Below are positions 39,323 to 50,004 of a DNA stretch of 64,000 bases, piece after piece (position 1 is the first letter of the stretch; every line of letters starts with the position of its first letter). The notes beneath the pieces were generated by a model. The model did no database searches. It was not told where the DNA came from and worked only from the letters and a program-made list of their open reading frames with translations. The DNA lies in NCBI GenBank assembly GCA_038896535.1, contig JAWACY010000002.1:128001-192000 (forward strand). The letters run 5' to 3'. This DNA is from Candidatus Anstonellales archaeon. GTDB taxonomy: Archaea > Micrarchaeota > Micrarchaeia > Anstonellales > J096. The translations under genes were made by a program, and so were the position numbers.

Positions 39323-40587
39323 TGATGGATAACATATTCTTTTATGAGAACTTTTATAAAGGAAGCAGGCCTATTATTGAAATAAAAAAAGAACCAGATG
39401 CATTCATTGTTGAAGAAATAACAAAAGATGGAAGGCAACTTGAAATTAATAAATACAATGGTTTTACTGGAGGAGAAGGCGATTTTCTCTATTTTGTAAT
39501 GCAAAAAAAAGACTGGGCCACTGATATTGCTATAAAAAAAATTGCAAAATCTTTGTATCTATCTAAAAAACGTTTTAGTTTTGCTGGTAGTAAGGATAAA
39601 AGGGCTTTAACTGTTCAGCTAGCTTGTTTATTTGCGGGGAAAAATGCAAAAGAGCATCTGATAGAAGAAAAATTATTAAACATAAAAATAAAAGGCATAG
39701 ATATATTAGAATGTTATTACAGCAATAAAAAATTAAATATTGGAGATTTAAAAGGCAATAGATTCACAATTAAAATAAATGACTATAGCAGATATAGCAT
39801 AAAATTTTTGTCAGAACATGGAAATGTTTTTCCAAACTATTTTGGCCCGCAAAGATTTGGTGAAACTAGGATGATATCTCATATCATAGGCTACTTTATA
39901 GTAAAGGGCCTATTCAAAGAAGCAGTTATGACATATTTAACTTATACAAGCAACTCAGAACCACAAAAAATAAAAGAAGCCAGGCATATGCTGAAAAATG
40001 AGCAGAACTTCAAAGAGGCATTAAAATACTTCCCAAAGTCATTAAAACATGAGAGAACATTGCTGGCACATCTTTCAAAGTATGAAAATGATTATGTAAA
40101 TGCATTGAGGCATTTGCCAAGACAGACATTGCTTATGTTTGTGCATGCATTACAAAGTTATATATTTAATATGCAGCTATCTTATAAGTTATTAAATGGC
40201 ATAACAAAAGAAGAAAACGAATATTACTGTAAGAAAGATGCTCTTGGCTTTCCTCTTATTGAAGAAAAAACAGAGAATAATGGTTATTTATGCATGCCAA
40301 TAATAGGCTATGAAACAAAAACAACAAAGGAGCAAGATGAATTATTAGCAAACATTGGGATAAAAAAAGAGGACTTTAAAATAAGATCAATACCAGAACT
40401 TTCATTAAAAGGCAGTTATAGGGTTTGCTTTGCTCCTTTTATTGATTTTAAAGAACTTGACGGCAATGTAAGCTTTAAATTGCCTGCTGGCAGTTATGCC
40501 ACAATATTTCTTAACGAAATAGCACAAATAAAAGATTTCAAGCTTTATAACATTGTAAATATAAAAGAATTCATAAAAGAATTTTAA
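39322..40587 (+). CDS. truD: tRNA pseudouridine(13) synthase
   Basis: PDAFIVEE, AGSKDKRALTVQ, GDLKGNRFTI, PNYFGPQRFG, FKLPAGSYAT. Confidence 0.96.
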   Translation: MMDNIFFYENFYKGSRPIIEIKKEPDAFIVEEITKDGRQLEINKYNGFTGGEGDFLYFVMQKKDWATDIAIKKIAKSLYLSKKRFSFAGSKDKRALTVQLACLFAGKNAKEHLIEEKLLNIKIKGIDILECYYSNKKLNIGDLKGNRFTIKINDYSRYSIKFLSEHGNVFPNYFGPQRFGETRMISHIIGYFIVKGLFKEAVMTYLTYTSNSEPQKIKEARHMLKNEQNFKEALKYFPKSLKHERTLLAHLSKYENDYVNALRHLPRQTLLMFVHALQSYIFNMQLSYKLLNGITKEENEYYCKKDALGFPLIEEKTENNGYLCMPIIGYETKTTKEQDELLANIGIKKEDFKIRSIPELSLKGSYRVCFAPFIDFKELDGNVSFKLPAGSYATIFLNEIAQIKDFKLYNIVNIKEFIKEF

Positions 40588-40647
40588 TGGTAATTTAGAG
40601 AATTTTATAATAATAAATATTAAAATAAAAAATGAAAAATAAAACAA

Positions 40648-40947
40648 ATGAGTAAATTTAAATATTTTATGCAAAAACAAAAATACATGCAAAAAACACA
40701 AAAAAGGATATTTAGCATCAGCGTTTCTGGTGTTTCAAAAAAGATATCATTATCATTAATAGAAGATAAAACGCCTTTTGGCGTTTATAACATTCTGGAT
40801 GCCAGAAATACAGGATTGCCAAAAGCAGTGCTGGTAAAAATAGCTAATGAGAATAACATTCCAATATTATCTGATTTTGGAAAAATTTTCCCTGATGGTA
40901 AAACTGCCAGAGATTTTATAGTTGTAAAGAAAAAAGATGCTAAATAA
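40648..40947 (+). CDS. Hypothetical protein
   Basis: 99-aa ORF between truD and the DHH gene; start uncertain. Confidence 0.55.
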   Translation: MSKFKYFMQKQKYMQKTQKRIFSISVSGVSKKISLSLIEDKTPFGVYNILDARNTGLPKAVLVKIANENNIPILSDFGKIFPDGKTARDFIVVKKKDAK

Positions 40948-40966
40948 CTCAGGAGGAACAAATATT

Positions 40967-42226
40967 ATGGATGAATTAACTGCATATATTGTAGCATATA
41001 CTAAAGACAGAAGATATGCTTATTTTATTTCAAATGGGCATGAAATTAAAGCAAGGGCCTCAATAAATGTTAATGAAAAAACCCTGGTTAAAGGATATTT
41101 AAATGGAGAAGAATTCATGATTAATGAATATTGGCAACCAGATGATAAAGAAATGCAAAATTTTATAAAAGAAACAGAAAAAAATATTAAAATTGTAAAA
41201 GAACCTGCTGTAAAAAGTATAGAAAATGCGGCGAGAATAATAAAAACAGCACAGCTTTTAAGGAGGCAGAACATAATAAGGTTTCATAATGACGCTGATG
41301 GCATTGTTTCTGCTCTTCTTATTGGGCAAGTATTGCAGGGCAATAAAATAGCACAGCATGCTGCGGTCTATTCATTAAAAGATGCTTTTTCTGATATTGC
41401 ATTATTGAGATATGGAGATATGCCAATTGCTGTTTTTCTTGATTTTGGTGGCAGTAATGAATGTAAAGATGCTTATGAATTATTAAAATATGATAATATT
41501 GATGTCCTAGTAATTGATCATCATCCAGTAGATGAAGAAATAAAAAATCTTGTCAACATAGCAAATCCATTATTAGAAGGTAAAACTTCTGACTACACAA
41601 CTGGCTATTTATGTAATGAACTCTTATTATGCCTTGGCATCAACCCATCATTTGACTATACAGTTTCTCTTGCTGGTGATAAAAGCTCTCTTGCATATAG
41701 TGATAAGGCAAAAAAAACAGCGCTTGCTTTGGATTATGCTGCTTTTTATTCTGCACATAGCAATGCAATTGCTCTATATAAAGAAATAATGACAAACGAT
41801 GGATTTATGGATTCAATAGCACAAAAAGCGAACGAAAAGATTTTTGAATCACTTATAGAAATAAAAAAGAATCAAAAAAAGAGAACAATTGGCAATTTTT
41901 CTCTTTATTACATAGATGCCGAACAACAAGAGAAATCTTTCCCGCCATCTGGTAAAATTGCCAGCCTGCTTGCTGAAGATGTTGATGAGCCAGCTTTAAT
42001 AGTTAGCTGCTCTAAATATTTATGCTCTTTCAGATTAAGCAAAAAAGCAAAAGAACATTATAACATAGATTTAAACATGCTTGTTAATGAGATGAAAAAA
42101 AGGTCTGATATCGTTATTTCAGGAGGGGGCCATAAAAATGCAGCAAGCATAAAAATAAATGAAAATGCAAAAGATTTGGTCATTGATATAACAGAAGAAA
42201 TAATAAGGCATTTATTGGAAAAATAA
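40967..42226 (+). CDS. DHH/DHHA1 phosphoesterase (RecJ-like)
   Basis: HNDADG, LDFG, IDHH, GGGH motifs; SD AGGAGG at 40951. Confidence 0.9.
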   Translation: MDELTAYIVAYTKDRRYAYFISNGHEIKARASINVNEKTLVKGYLNGEEFMINEYWQPDDKEMQNFIKETEKNIKIVKEPAVKSIENAARIIKTAQLLRRQNIIRFHNDADGIVSALLIGQVLQGNKIAQHAAVYSLKDAFSDIALLRYGDMPIAVFLDFGGSNECKDAYELLKYDNIDVLVIDHHPVDEEIKNLVNIANPLLEGKTSDYTTGYLCNELLLCLGINPSFDYTVSLAGDKSSLAYSDKAKKTALALDYAAFYSAHSNAIALYKEIMTNDGFMDSIAQKANEKIFESLIEIKKNQKKRTIGNFSLYYIDAEQQEKSFPPSGKIASLLAEDVDEPALIVSCSKYLCSFRLSKKAKEHYNIDLNMLVNEMKKRSDIVISGGGHKNAASIKINENAKDLVIDITEEIIRHLLEK

Positions 42227-42233
42227 AATAAGG

Positions 42234-42350
42234 TAGCAGCAGCAACCGCTCTTCCCGGGCATAAGCCCAGTAAAAAGCTGGTCGTGAAGAGGCTTAGCTT
42301 CCGTGTTCGATATGGGAACGGGCGTTTCCCTCTTCCTGTGGCCGCTGCTA
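42234..42350 (-). rRNA. rrf: 5S ribosomal RNA (stand-alone)
   Basis: TAGCAGCGGCCAC..CCCGTTCCCATATCGAACACGGAAGCTAAGCC..; helix I TAGCAGC/GCTGCTA; 117 nt. Confidence 0.95.
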
Positions 42351-42403
42351 ATTATATAAGATAAGAAAAGTATTTTTAAACATTTGCCTAGCCTTATTAA
42401 ATT

Positions 42404-42943
42404 ATGGTGAATAATGCTATTAATGTTATAGATTTTGAGAGAGAAAGAAGAAAAAGAACAAAGCATATTTTCGGCAAAATGAGATTTGGCTTATCGAGAT
42501 ATTTAAGGGAAAGGGTTGATTTGAATTTGATAAATATAAAGAGCAGCCAGACACAGAGTTTAAATTATCTCTTGAGTATGCATTTTTACCTAAAAATAGC
42601 ACAATTGCTTGGCTTTGGATGGACATACAACAAGGCAGTTGAACTTTCTAAAGATGTAGATAATGATTTATCTTTTTTAGGGCTTAAAATATTGTCTGCA
42701 TATTATAAAGATAAACAAAAAAGAGAAAAAATAAGGAAAATCATGGTAGATGCATTAAAAAGGCATTATATTTATATTTATGAACTTGCTTGTATGCTTG
42801 CAGTAAAATATAGGGATAAAGAGTTATTAGAGGATATAATAGCAAATCATAAGTTAATAGAAAATCAAAACTTTAAAAGAATAACTGCTAAGTATATAAA
42901 TAAAGCACAAAGGCAATTAAGAAATGAATGGAAGAATAAATAG
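42404..42943 (+). CDS. Hypothetical protein
   Basis: 179-aa basic helical ORF. Confidence 0.6.
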   Translation: MVNNAINVIDFERERRKRTKHIFGKMRFGLSRYLRERVDLNLINIKSSQTQSLNYLLSMHFYLKIAQLLGFGWTYNKAVELSKDVDNDLSFLGLKILSAYYKDKQKREKIRKIMVDALKRHYIYIYELACMLAVKYRDKELLEDIIANHKLIENQNFKRITAKYINKAQRQLRNEWKNK

Positions 42944-43052
42944 AAAAGAATATAAAGATAGTAAATATAGTCAAAAGACAAGTATAGTCAAAAGGTAAGC
43001 TATTCAGAGCCATAAAAATAACTTTATAAAACATCTTGCATTATATGGGAAT

Positions 43053-44477
43053 ATGGAAAAAATTGGTAATTGTATATATAAAATAGAAAAAAATGAAAAT
43101 ATGAACGTTGATGCTATCGTTATAGCTAATGAAAAACTCTTACAATCAATACAAAAAGATAGAACATTATGGCAGATAAAAAATGTTGCTTCATTGCCAG
43201 GGATTGTTGATAAAGCTGTTCTTATGCCTGACGCACATGAGGGATATGGGTTTCCTGTTGGAGGAGTTGCAGCATTTGATGCAAACAATGGCATAATATC
43301 GCCAGGCGGTATTGGGTATGATATAAATTGCGGAGTAAGGATTGTAAAAACTCCACTAACATATGACGATGTAAAAAATAAATTGAAGGACATTGCTGAA
43401 ATGCTATTTAAAAATATACCAACTGGTGTTGGAGCAAGCACTGGACAAAAAATTAGTTTTGATGAACTTGATGAAATAGCAACAAACGGCATAAAATGGG
43501 CAATAGAAAAAGGCTTTGGCATTGAAAAAGATATTGAGTTTATTGAAGAAAATGGCTGCATAAAAGGGGCTGATCCTAAATATGTATCACAAACAGCAAA
43601 ATCAAGGGGAAGGGAACAAATAGGCACGCTTGGGGCTGGTAATCATTTCCTTGAAGTTCAAAGGGTAAGCAAAATCTTTTATGATGAAGCAGCAAAACAT
43701 TTTGGCATTTATGAAAATCAAATAGTAATAATGATACATAGCGGGAGCAGGGGCTATGGGCATCAAATAGCAAGTGATTATATAAAAGATTTTATGCCAA
43801 TTGCAAAAAAGCTCGGCCTTTATTTACCGGATCAGGAACTTGTTTACCTTCCAATAACGCATGAAAAAACAACGCATTATTTGAATGCAATGAAATGTGC
43901 CATAAATTTTGCCTTTACAAATAGGCAGGTAATGTGCCATAAAGCAAGGGTCGTTTTTGAAAAGATATTCGGGCTTGATTACAATGATATGCCATTGTTA
44001 TATGATTTAGCACATAACATAGCAAAAATAGAAGAGCATGACACATCAGAAGGAAAGAAAAAGCTTATAGTGCATAGAAAAGGGGCAACAAGAGCATTTC
44101 CAAAGAATAGGGATGAAATACCAAATGCTTATAAAAGCATAGGACAACCAGTTCTCATACCAGGTAGTATGGGGACTGCAAGCTATATACTTATTGGCCA
44201 AGAAATGGGCATGAATATAAGCTTTGGCTCAAGCTGTCATGGGGCTGGCAGAGAACTCAGTAGGAGTGCAGCATTAAAGCAATTTAAAGGAGAAACAATA
44301 GTTAAGCAATTACTTGAGAAAAAAGGCATATATGTAAAGCCAAAAACATACAAAGTAGCTGCAGAGGAAGCTCCAGAGGCTTATAAAAATGTTGATGAGG
44401 TAGCAAAATCTGTAGAGCAAGCAGGCATAAGCAGGATAGTAGCAAAGCTTGAGCCATTAGCTGTTATAAAAGGCTGA
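43053..44477 (+). CDS. rtcB: RNA-splicing ligase RtcB
   Basis: MPDAHEGYGFPVG, GYDINCG, GTLGAGNHF, HSGSRG, HRKGAT, HGAGR, EEAPEAYK. Confidence 0.98.
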   Translation: MEKIGNCIYKIEKNENMNVDAIVIANEKLLQSIQKDRTLWQIKNVASLPGIVDKAVLMPDAHEGYGFPVGGVAAFDANNGIISPGGIGYDINCGVRIVKTPLTYDDVKNKLKDIAEMLFKNIPTGVGASTGQKISFDELDEIATNGIKWAIEKGFGIEKDIEFIEENGCIKGADPKYVSQTAKSRGREQIGTLGAGNHFLEVQRVSKIFYDEAAKHFGIYENQIVIMIHSGSRGYGHQIASDYIKDFMPIAKKLGLYLPDQELVYLPITHEKTTHYLNAMKCAINFAFTNRQVMCHKARVVFEKIFGLDYNDMPLLYDLAHNIAKIEEHDTSEGKKKLIVHRKGATRAFPKNRDEIPNAYKSIGQPVLIPGSMGTASYILIGQEMGMNISFGSSCHGAGRELSRSAALKQFKGETIVKQLLEKKGIYVKPKTYKVAAEEAPEAYKNVDEVAKSVEQAGISRIVAKLEPLAVIKG

Positions 44478-44539
44478 TAAATTATAAGCCAGATAATAAA
44501 TGAAAATTTATAAAATGTTATCAATAAATACCATAATCA

Positions 44540-44612
44540 GGGCCTGTAGTCGAGAGGTTAAGACGTCCGCCTTACACGCGGAAGAGCCCAGGTTCGAATC
44601 CTGGCAGGCCCA
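44540..44612 (+). tRNA. tRNA-Val(TAC)
   Basis: GGGCCTG/CAGGCCC-A acceptor; TCCGC-CT-TAC-AC-GCGGA anticodon arm; GTTCGAATC. Confidence 0.96.
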
Positions 44613-44623
44613 TTAAATATTTA

Positions 44624-45151
44624 TTAATTTAAAAAGTTTTCAAACAATATTTTAATCTCTGGCTTTAAATTTATAATATTTGTTTTTCTATCTTTATTCA
44701 CAATTATTATGCCGTTTTTCTCAAGCCTTTTTACTGCCCTATGTGCTTTAAGCCTTGAGTTAAGCAATTTTGATATATCAAACTGCGTTAATGTTCCATT
44801 CTTTTTAACTGCGTATTCTATTATTTCTATATCTTCTTTTGGGAATAATTTGAGCAAAGTCGAGAAATGCATTTTTTGCAATGCCTTTTTCTGCTGTTTT
44901 TCACCATTGTATTTATTGTAAACTCTATATATAATAAGTCCTGAAAAAATGCCTATCAAACCAGACAGGAACATAAGCTCGATATGGAAATCTAAGAATA
45001 TTTTGAGTAAAAAAGGCATTGATAATGGATCAATAGCTTTGTTTTCAATCATATAATAAGCAATTGACAGACCTGATAGTATGGATATAAGCAAAAATAT
45101 TAGTATAACAAATACTGAGAACTCCAAATAATTCCTATCTTTAATATTCAT
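44624..45151 (-). CDS. Membrane-anchored winged-helix regulator
   Basis: Two N-terminal TM helices; C-terminal GTLTQFDI..SRLKAHRAVKRLEKNGII. Confidence 0.8.
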   Translation of the reverse strand: MNIKDRNYLEFSVFVILIFLLISILSGLSIAYYMIENKAIDPLSMPFLLKIFLDFHIELMFLSGLIGIFSGLIIYRVYNKYNGEKQQKKALQKMHFSTLLKLFPKEDIEIIEYAVKKNGTLTQFDISKLLNSRLKAHRAVKRLEKNGIIIVNKDRKTNIINLKPEIKILFENFLN

Positions 45152-45226
45152 AAGAACACCTTAAAAACACCTTGTAATTATTGCTATTATATTACTATTT
45201 AGCTCGTTTCATGCATATTTAAATAT

Positions 45227-45246
45227 TGTTTCACTTAAATGAAACA
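45227..45246. promoter_or_regulatory. Palindromic operator candidate TGTTTCA-N6-TGAAACA
   Basis: Perfect 7-bp inverted repeat between the divergent regulator and copper operon; extra half-site GTTTCA at 45206. Confidence 0.55.
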
Positions 45247-45293
45247 TTATAAACAAAAGTTTAAAAATAGATCGCTTGTAGTTTGGTGATTTT

Positions 45294-45791
45294 ATGGGCA
45301 GTGATTTAACAAATGGTAAATTAGAAAGCAATAAAGATGATGATAGCATAAGTATAAGCAAAACAACCTTTATTTATTTATTATTATTTATAGCTGTTTT
45401 TGTTGGCCTATTTCTAGCTTATTTCATGCCAAAAAATGATTTGGGTAGTTTAATAAATAATAATGAAAAAATAAATAATAATGAAAATGCTGAAAATGGC
45501 AATGAAAAAAGCATTATAAATGGCGGTTTTCAAGAAATTTATATAAAGGCAACACCTTATGGCTATGATAAAAAAGTTGTAAGAGTAAAGAAAGGAATAC
45601 CTGTAAAATTATATTTTAGTGCTGATAAATATGCTGGCTGTGGAAAAATAATGCTTATTAGGGAGTTTGGCATAACACTTGAATCTTATGATGGAGAAAC
45701 AGTACAGGCAACATTCACACCAAATAAAGAAGGCAGTTATGAATATTCATGCGCAATGAGAATGTTTAGAGGAACGCTGATTGTAGAGTAG
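45294..45791 (+). CDS. Membrane-anchored cupredoxin-domain protein
   Basis: VKKGIPVKL..GC..FTPNKEGSYEYSCAMRMFRG. Confidence 0.88.
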   Translation: MGSDLTNGKLESNKDDDSISISKTTFIYLLLFIAVFVGLFLAYFMPKNDLGSLINNNEKINNNENAENGNEKSIINGGFQEIYIKATPYGYDKKVVRVKKGIPVKLYFSADKYAGCGKIMLIREFGITLESYDGETVQATFTPNKEGSYEYSCAMRMFRGTLIVE

Positions 45792-45800
45792 CGTGATAAA

Positions 45801-46556
45801 ATGGAAGAAAAAAATGACAGAACATTGGAGAGGGGAAATATAAAAAATGTTTATAGCTATATCAAACTTATCCTATCTGCTGACTTAAAGTTAGAGAATG
45901 CATTATTTAATTATTTGCTTATATGCCTTATATCAACAATCTTTATTGGATCTATAATAATAGTATTTCTTAATCTCAGTTTAAAAAATTACTTACCATT
46001 TTTGCTATTTTCTTCTTTTAGTTCTTGTTATATTGTATATTCATATATTCACATGAAATTATATAAGGGTTATATAAATTGTAATATTGGCATGATGTCT
46101 GGTATGATAACTGGCATGCTATCTGGATTTATGGCTGGACTTTTAATTGGAGCAACAAATGGCCTGTTTGTTGGCTCTGTATTTGGCATTATCATAGGCC
46201 TCTTATTTGGCCTCAAAGCAGGAAAAATGTGCGGTATAATGGGAGCATTAGAGGGCATTCTTGCTGCATTAATGTCTGGGCCTATGGGTGCTATGATCTC
46301 TGTAATGATGATATATGATAACCTTATAACATTCCTTTATATCGCCCTTCTTATATCAATTATTGGAATGCACGGCCTTTCCTATATGCTTTATAGAGAA
46401 TTAAAAAAGCCAATACATGAAATACACGATATTGAAAATGAATTTAAAAAACATAAAATGCTCATTAAAATGTTAATAACAAGCAATGCATTGAATTTTA
46501 TTAACATATTTTTGATCATATTTGGGCCAAAGAGCAACTTGATTTTTCCTATTTAA
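45801..46556 (+). CDS. Met/Gly-rich membrane protein in copper operon
   Basis: CNIGMMSGMITGM, CGIMGALEG, GPMGAM; multiple TM helices. Confidence 0.7.
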   Translation: MEEKNDRTLERGNIKNVYSYIKLILSADLKLENALFNYLLICLISTIFIGSIIIVFLNLSLKNYLPFLLFSSFSSCYIVYSYIHMKLYKGYINCNIGMMSGMITGMLSGFMAGLLIGATNGLFVGSVFGIIIGLLFGLKAGKMCGIMGALEGILAALMSGPMGAMISVMMIYDNLITFLYIALLISIIGMHGLSYMLYRELKKPIHEIHDIENEFKKHKMLIKMLITSNALNFINIFLIIFGPKSNLIFPI

Positions 46557-46565
46557 GGTGGAAAT

Positions 46566-49019
46566 ATGGGGAATAAACAAATGAAAAAAACTCAATTTCT
46601 TATAACTGGAATGCACTGCGCAACATGTGCACTTAATATAGAGAAAAAGCTAAAAAATATAAAAGGCATAGCAAATGCGAGCGTGAGCTTTGCAAGCAAT
46701 AAAGCTTTTGTTGAATATGACAATAGCATTTTGGGCCTTGGTAATATAAAGGAGGCAATTGAATCACTTGGTTATAAAGCAGAAATAGAAGATATGGGAG
46801 ATGTAAAAGGTTTGGACAAATTATATATTATTGTAAGCGGTATAAGTAATAAAGAAAGGGCGAATTTATTTCAGAGCATTATTAAATCATTGAATGGTAT
46901 TAAAGAGGTAAATGTTGATTATCAGTTAGAAAAAGCAATAATAACATATGATAGAGGAGTATTAAATTATAATAAAATAAAGGAAGCACTTAAAAGAAGA
47001 GGATTTGAAATAGAAATAGCATCTCCAGATTTAGAATTTGACAGAGAAAAAGCTGCCAGAGAAAAAGAAATTAATGAACTAAAAAATATTGCTACATATT
47101 CATTTTTATTCGCAATACCAACATTTATTTTATCTCTGCCTTTTATGCTACCCTCTTTATTTGATTATGGGCCTTTTGTTAATTACATATATTACATTCA
47201 ATTCCTATTAACATCTGCTGTTGTATATATAAATAGGAATATGTTCGTAAGCGGGATAAGAAACTTAATAAGCAACATGCCGGATATGAACAGCCTTGTT
47301 GCTCTTGGTGTTGGGGCTGCTTATTTATATAGTACTGTTGTAATGCTATCTGTTTTTAGTGGCCATGTTTATTTTGAAATCGCTGCTTTATTGCTGGCAT
47401 TTATTGTTTTAGGAAAATATTTTGAAACTGTTGCAAAAGGAAAAACATCAGAGGCAATAAAAAAACTTATAGGTTTACAACCAAAAACTGCCATAGTGTT
47501 GAGAAACAATAAAGAAATAGAATTGCCAATAAATGAGGTTAAAGTTGGCGATTTAGTAATGATAAAACCAGGGGCAAAAATTCCTGTTGATGGCGTTGTT
47601 ATTTCAGGATCAAGCAGCATAGATGAAAGCATGATAACAGGAGAAAGCATGCCAGTACATAAAAGAAAGGGCGATATTGTGATAGCTGGCACAATAAACA
47701 AAGTCGGGTCATTAAAAATAAAGGCAACAAAAATAGGTAAAGACACAATGCTGGCACAAATAATAAGAATGGTTGAAGAAGCACAGGCAAGCAAACCACC
47801 AATACAAAAGCTTGTTGACATTGTTGCTGGAAATTTTGTTAAAGTTGTTATAATCATTGCTTCTCTGTCATTTATATACTGGTATTTCATAGCAATGCAG
47901 CCATTTGCTTTTGCCATAACAATATTTGTTGCTACTCTTGTTGTTGCTTGCCCTTGTGCTATGGGACTTGCAACCCCTACTGCTGTTATGCTATCATTAG
48001 GAAAAGCAGCAGAAAATGGCTTTCTTGTAAAAGATGCATCTGCACTTGAAAAATTTGCTGATGCAAAAATAATAGTTTTCGATAAAACTGGAACAATAAC
48101 AAAAGGTGAGCCAGAGGTAACTGATATAATAACAAACATGGATGAAACAAATTTCCTTTACCTTGCTGCAAGTGCTGAAAAGAATTCAGAGCATCATTTA
48201 GCAAATGCTATATTGAATAAAGCAAAAAAAATGAAAATTAAAATATCAAATCCAAAAAAATTCAAAGCACTGCCTGGGATGGGCATAACCGCAGAAGTTG
48301 ATAAGAAAAATGTTATAATTGGAAACGAGGCGCTAATGAAGAAATATAAATTAAAGGGCATTGAATCATTTATTGATAAGGCATATAGCCTTGAAGAACA
48401 AGCAAAAACAGTGGTTTTTGTTGCTATTGATAATTATGTTAGGGGTATAATTGCAATATCAGATACTATAAAAGAAAGCTCAAAACAAGCAATAAAAACA
48501 TTAAAAGATATGGGCTACGATGTTTATATGATAACTGGCGACAATGAGAAAAGCGCTTATGCAATAGCAAAACAAGTTTATATAGATAAAAAGCATGTTT
48601 TAGCTCATGTTTTCCCTGATGATAAAGCAAATGAAGTAAAAAAATTACAAAAACATGGCATTGTTGCTTTTGTTGGAGATGGTATTAACGATGCAATAGC
48701 TCTAACACAAGCAGATGTTGGCATAGCAATAGGAAAAGGCACTGATATAGCAATAGAATCAGCAGGCATTGTTTTAGTAAGAGATGACTTAAACATCCTT
48801 ATAAAAGCAATAAAATTGAGCAAATACACTTTATGGAAAATAAAAACAAATCTGTTCTGGGCTTTTATTTATAATATTATTGCAATCCCAATTGCAGTCG
48901 GCTTATTTTATTATTCATATAATATTTTGTTAAACCCGTTAATAGCTGGTATTGCAATGGCATTAAGCTCATTAAGTGTTGTTACAAATACATTGCTTAT
49001 GAAAGGATTCAAGCCATAA
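46566..49019 (+). CDS. copA: Cu(+)-transporting P1B-type ATPase
   Basis: GMHCATC HMA, TGES, CPC, DKTGT, GDGIND, YN and MALSS motifs. Confidence 0.96.
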   Translation: MGNKQMKKTQFLITGMHCATCALNIEKKLKNIKGIANASVSFASNKAFVEYDNSILGLGNIKEAIESLGYKAEIEDMGDVKGLDKLYIIVSGISNKERANLFQSIIKSLNGIKEVNVDYQLEKAIITYDRGVLNYNKIKEALKRRGFEIEIASPDLEFDREKAAREKEINELKNIATYSFLFAIPTFILSLPFMLPSLFDYGPFVNYIYYIQFLLTSAVVYINRNMFVSGIRNLISNMPDMNSLVALGVGAAYLYSTVVMLSVFSGHVYFEIAALLLAFIVLGKYFETVAKGKTSEAIKKLIGLQPKTAIVLRNNKEIELPINEVKVGDLVMIKPGAKIPVDGVVISGSSSIDESMITGESMPVHKRKGDIVIAGTINKVGSLKIKATKIGKDTMLAQIIRMVEEAQASKPPIQKLVDIVAGNFVKVVIIIASLSFIYWYFIAMQPFAFAITIFVATLVVACPCAMGLATPTAVMLSLGKAAENGFLVKDASALEKFADAKIIVFDKTGTITKGEPEVTDIITNMDETNFLYLAASAEKNSEHHLANAILNKAKKMKIKISNPKKFKALPGMGITAEVDKKNVIIGNEALMKKYKLKGIESFIDKAYSLEEQAKTVVFVAIDNYVRGIIAISDTIKESSKQAIKTLKDMGYDVYMITGDNEKSAYAIAKQVYIDKKHVLAHVFPDDKANEVKKLQKHGIVAFVGDGINDAIALTQADVGIAIGKGTDIAIESAGIVLVRDDLNILIKAIKLSKYTLWKIKTNLFWAFIYNIIAIPIAVGLFYYSYNILLNPLIAGIAMALSSLSVVTNTLLMKGFKP

Positions 49020-49079
49020 AGAAAATGGAGCATTCAAATTTTAATTAAAAGCTTTAAATATGCTTGCCCAATTCTATTT

Positions 49080-49499
49080 ATGGGGCAATATGAATTCCTT
49101 GAGCATACTGCTGATATAAAAATAAGGGCAAAAGGGAAAAATTTTGCTGATGCAATGGAAGGAGCATTTAAGGCAATTATCAGTATAATAAATGAAAAAA
49201 AAGAAAAAAGGGAAAAAGAAGAAAAATTAATAATAGAAGTAAGAGAAAAATTCCTTGAAGATGTTGTTGTAAATGCTCTTGAAAAACTTATAACATATTC
49301 AGAAATAGAAAAAATAATGCCTTATGATGTAAAAGTAATATCATTTGATGAAATGAACAATTTTTATTCATTAAAAGCAATAGTTTTTGGCTATAAAGTC
49401 AATGAAATAGAAACGCCAATAAAGGCAGTAACATACCATCAGCTTGTTATTAAAGAAATTGAAAATGAAACAATAATAGAATTCATTATTGACATCTAG
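49080..49499 (+). CDS. Archease
   Basis: YEFLEHTADI, IKAVTYH, terminal IDI. Confidence 0.95.
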   Translation: MGQYEFLEHTADIKIRAKGKNFADAMEGAFKAIISIINEKKEKREKEEKLIIEVREKFLEDVVVNALEKLITYSEIEKIMPYDVKVISFDEMNNFYSLKAIVFGYKVNEIETPIKAVTYHQLVIKEIENETIIEFIIDI

Positions 49500-49500
49500 C

Positions 49501-49896
49501 TTATTTATGCCTGAATGAACTTTTTATATACTCCTTAAGAAGCTTTATTACATACGCATTTGGATTGCCTGTATGTGTTTTTCCATAATAGCCATCATAG
49601 CTATTTATTTCCTTTTCTTTTATTTCTCCACTGCTTTTCAATAAAAAGAGATATAAATTAAGGGATGCAATATTGCAAATTGCCTTTAAAATAAGCCTTG
49701 TACTTTCCATTGCCTTATTATCAAGTGCAGCAATAAGCAAAAAATCATTTACCGCCATAATATTTCTCCAGATATGGCTAAAATGCCCTGTTTCAATATT
49801 CTTATTTTCAAAATGCTCAAATTGCTCTGCCTTCATTACTGCTTTTTTATTTGCCCTGCTTATTGAATTAATTACCAATTGTTTTAAAATGCCCAT
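49501..49896 (-). CDS. Hypothetical protein
   Basis: ORF from ATG 49896; no motif. Confidence 0.5.
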   Translation of the reverse strand: MGILKQLVINSISRANKKAVMKAEQFEHFENKNIETGHFSHIWRNIMAVNDFLLIAALDNKAMESTRLILKAICNIASLNLYLFLLKSSGEIKEKEINSYDGYYGKTHTGNPNAYVIKLLKEYIKSSFRHK

Positions 49897-50004
49897 TAAT
49901 ATTAATATGAAAAAACGCTTTTTAAAACATTCATATTGAAGTATTTTAGCAAAAGCCAAAAAACTAAAGGCAGTGTTTAAAAAAATAAACATTTTATTAC
50001 ATTC

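Noticed and set aside
42212..42466. 84-aa ORF
   Set aside because: Overlaps the 5S rRNA; spurious
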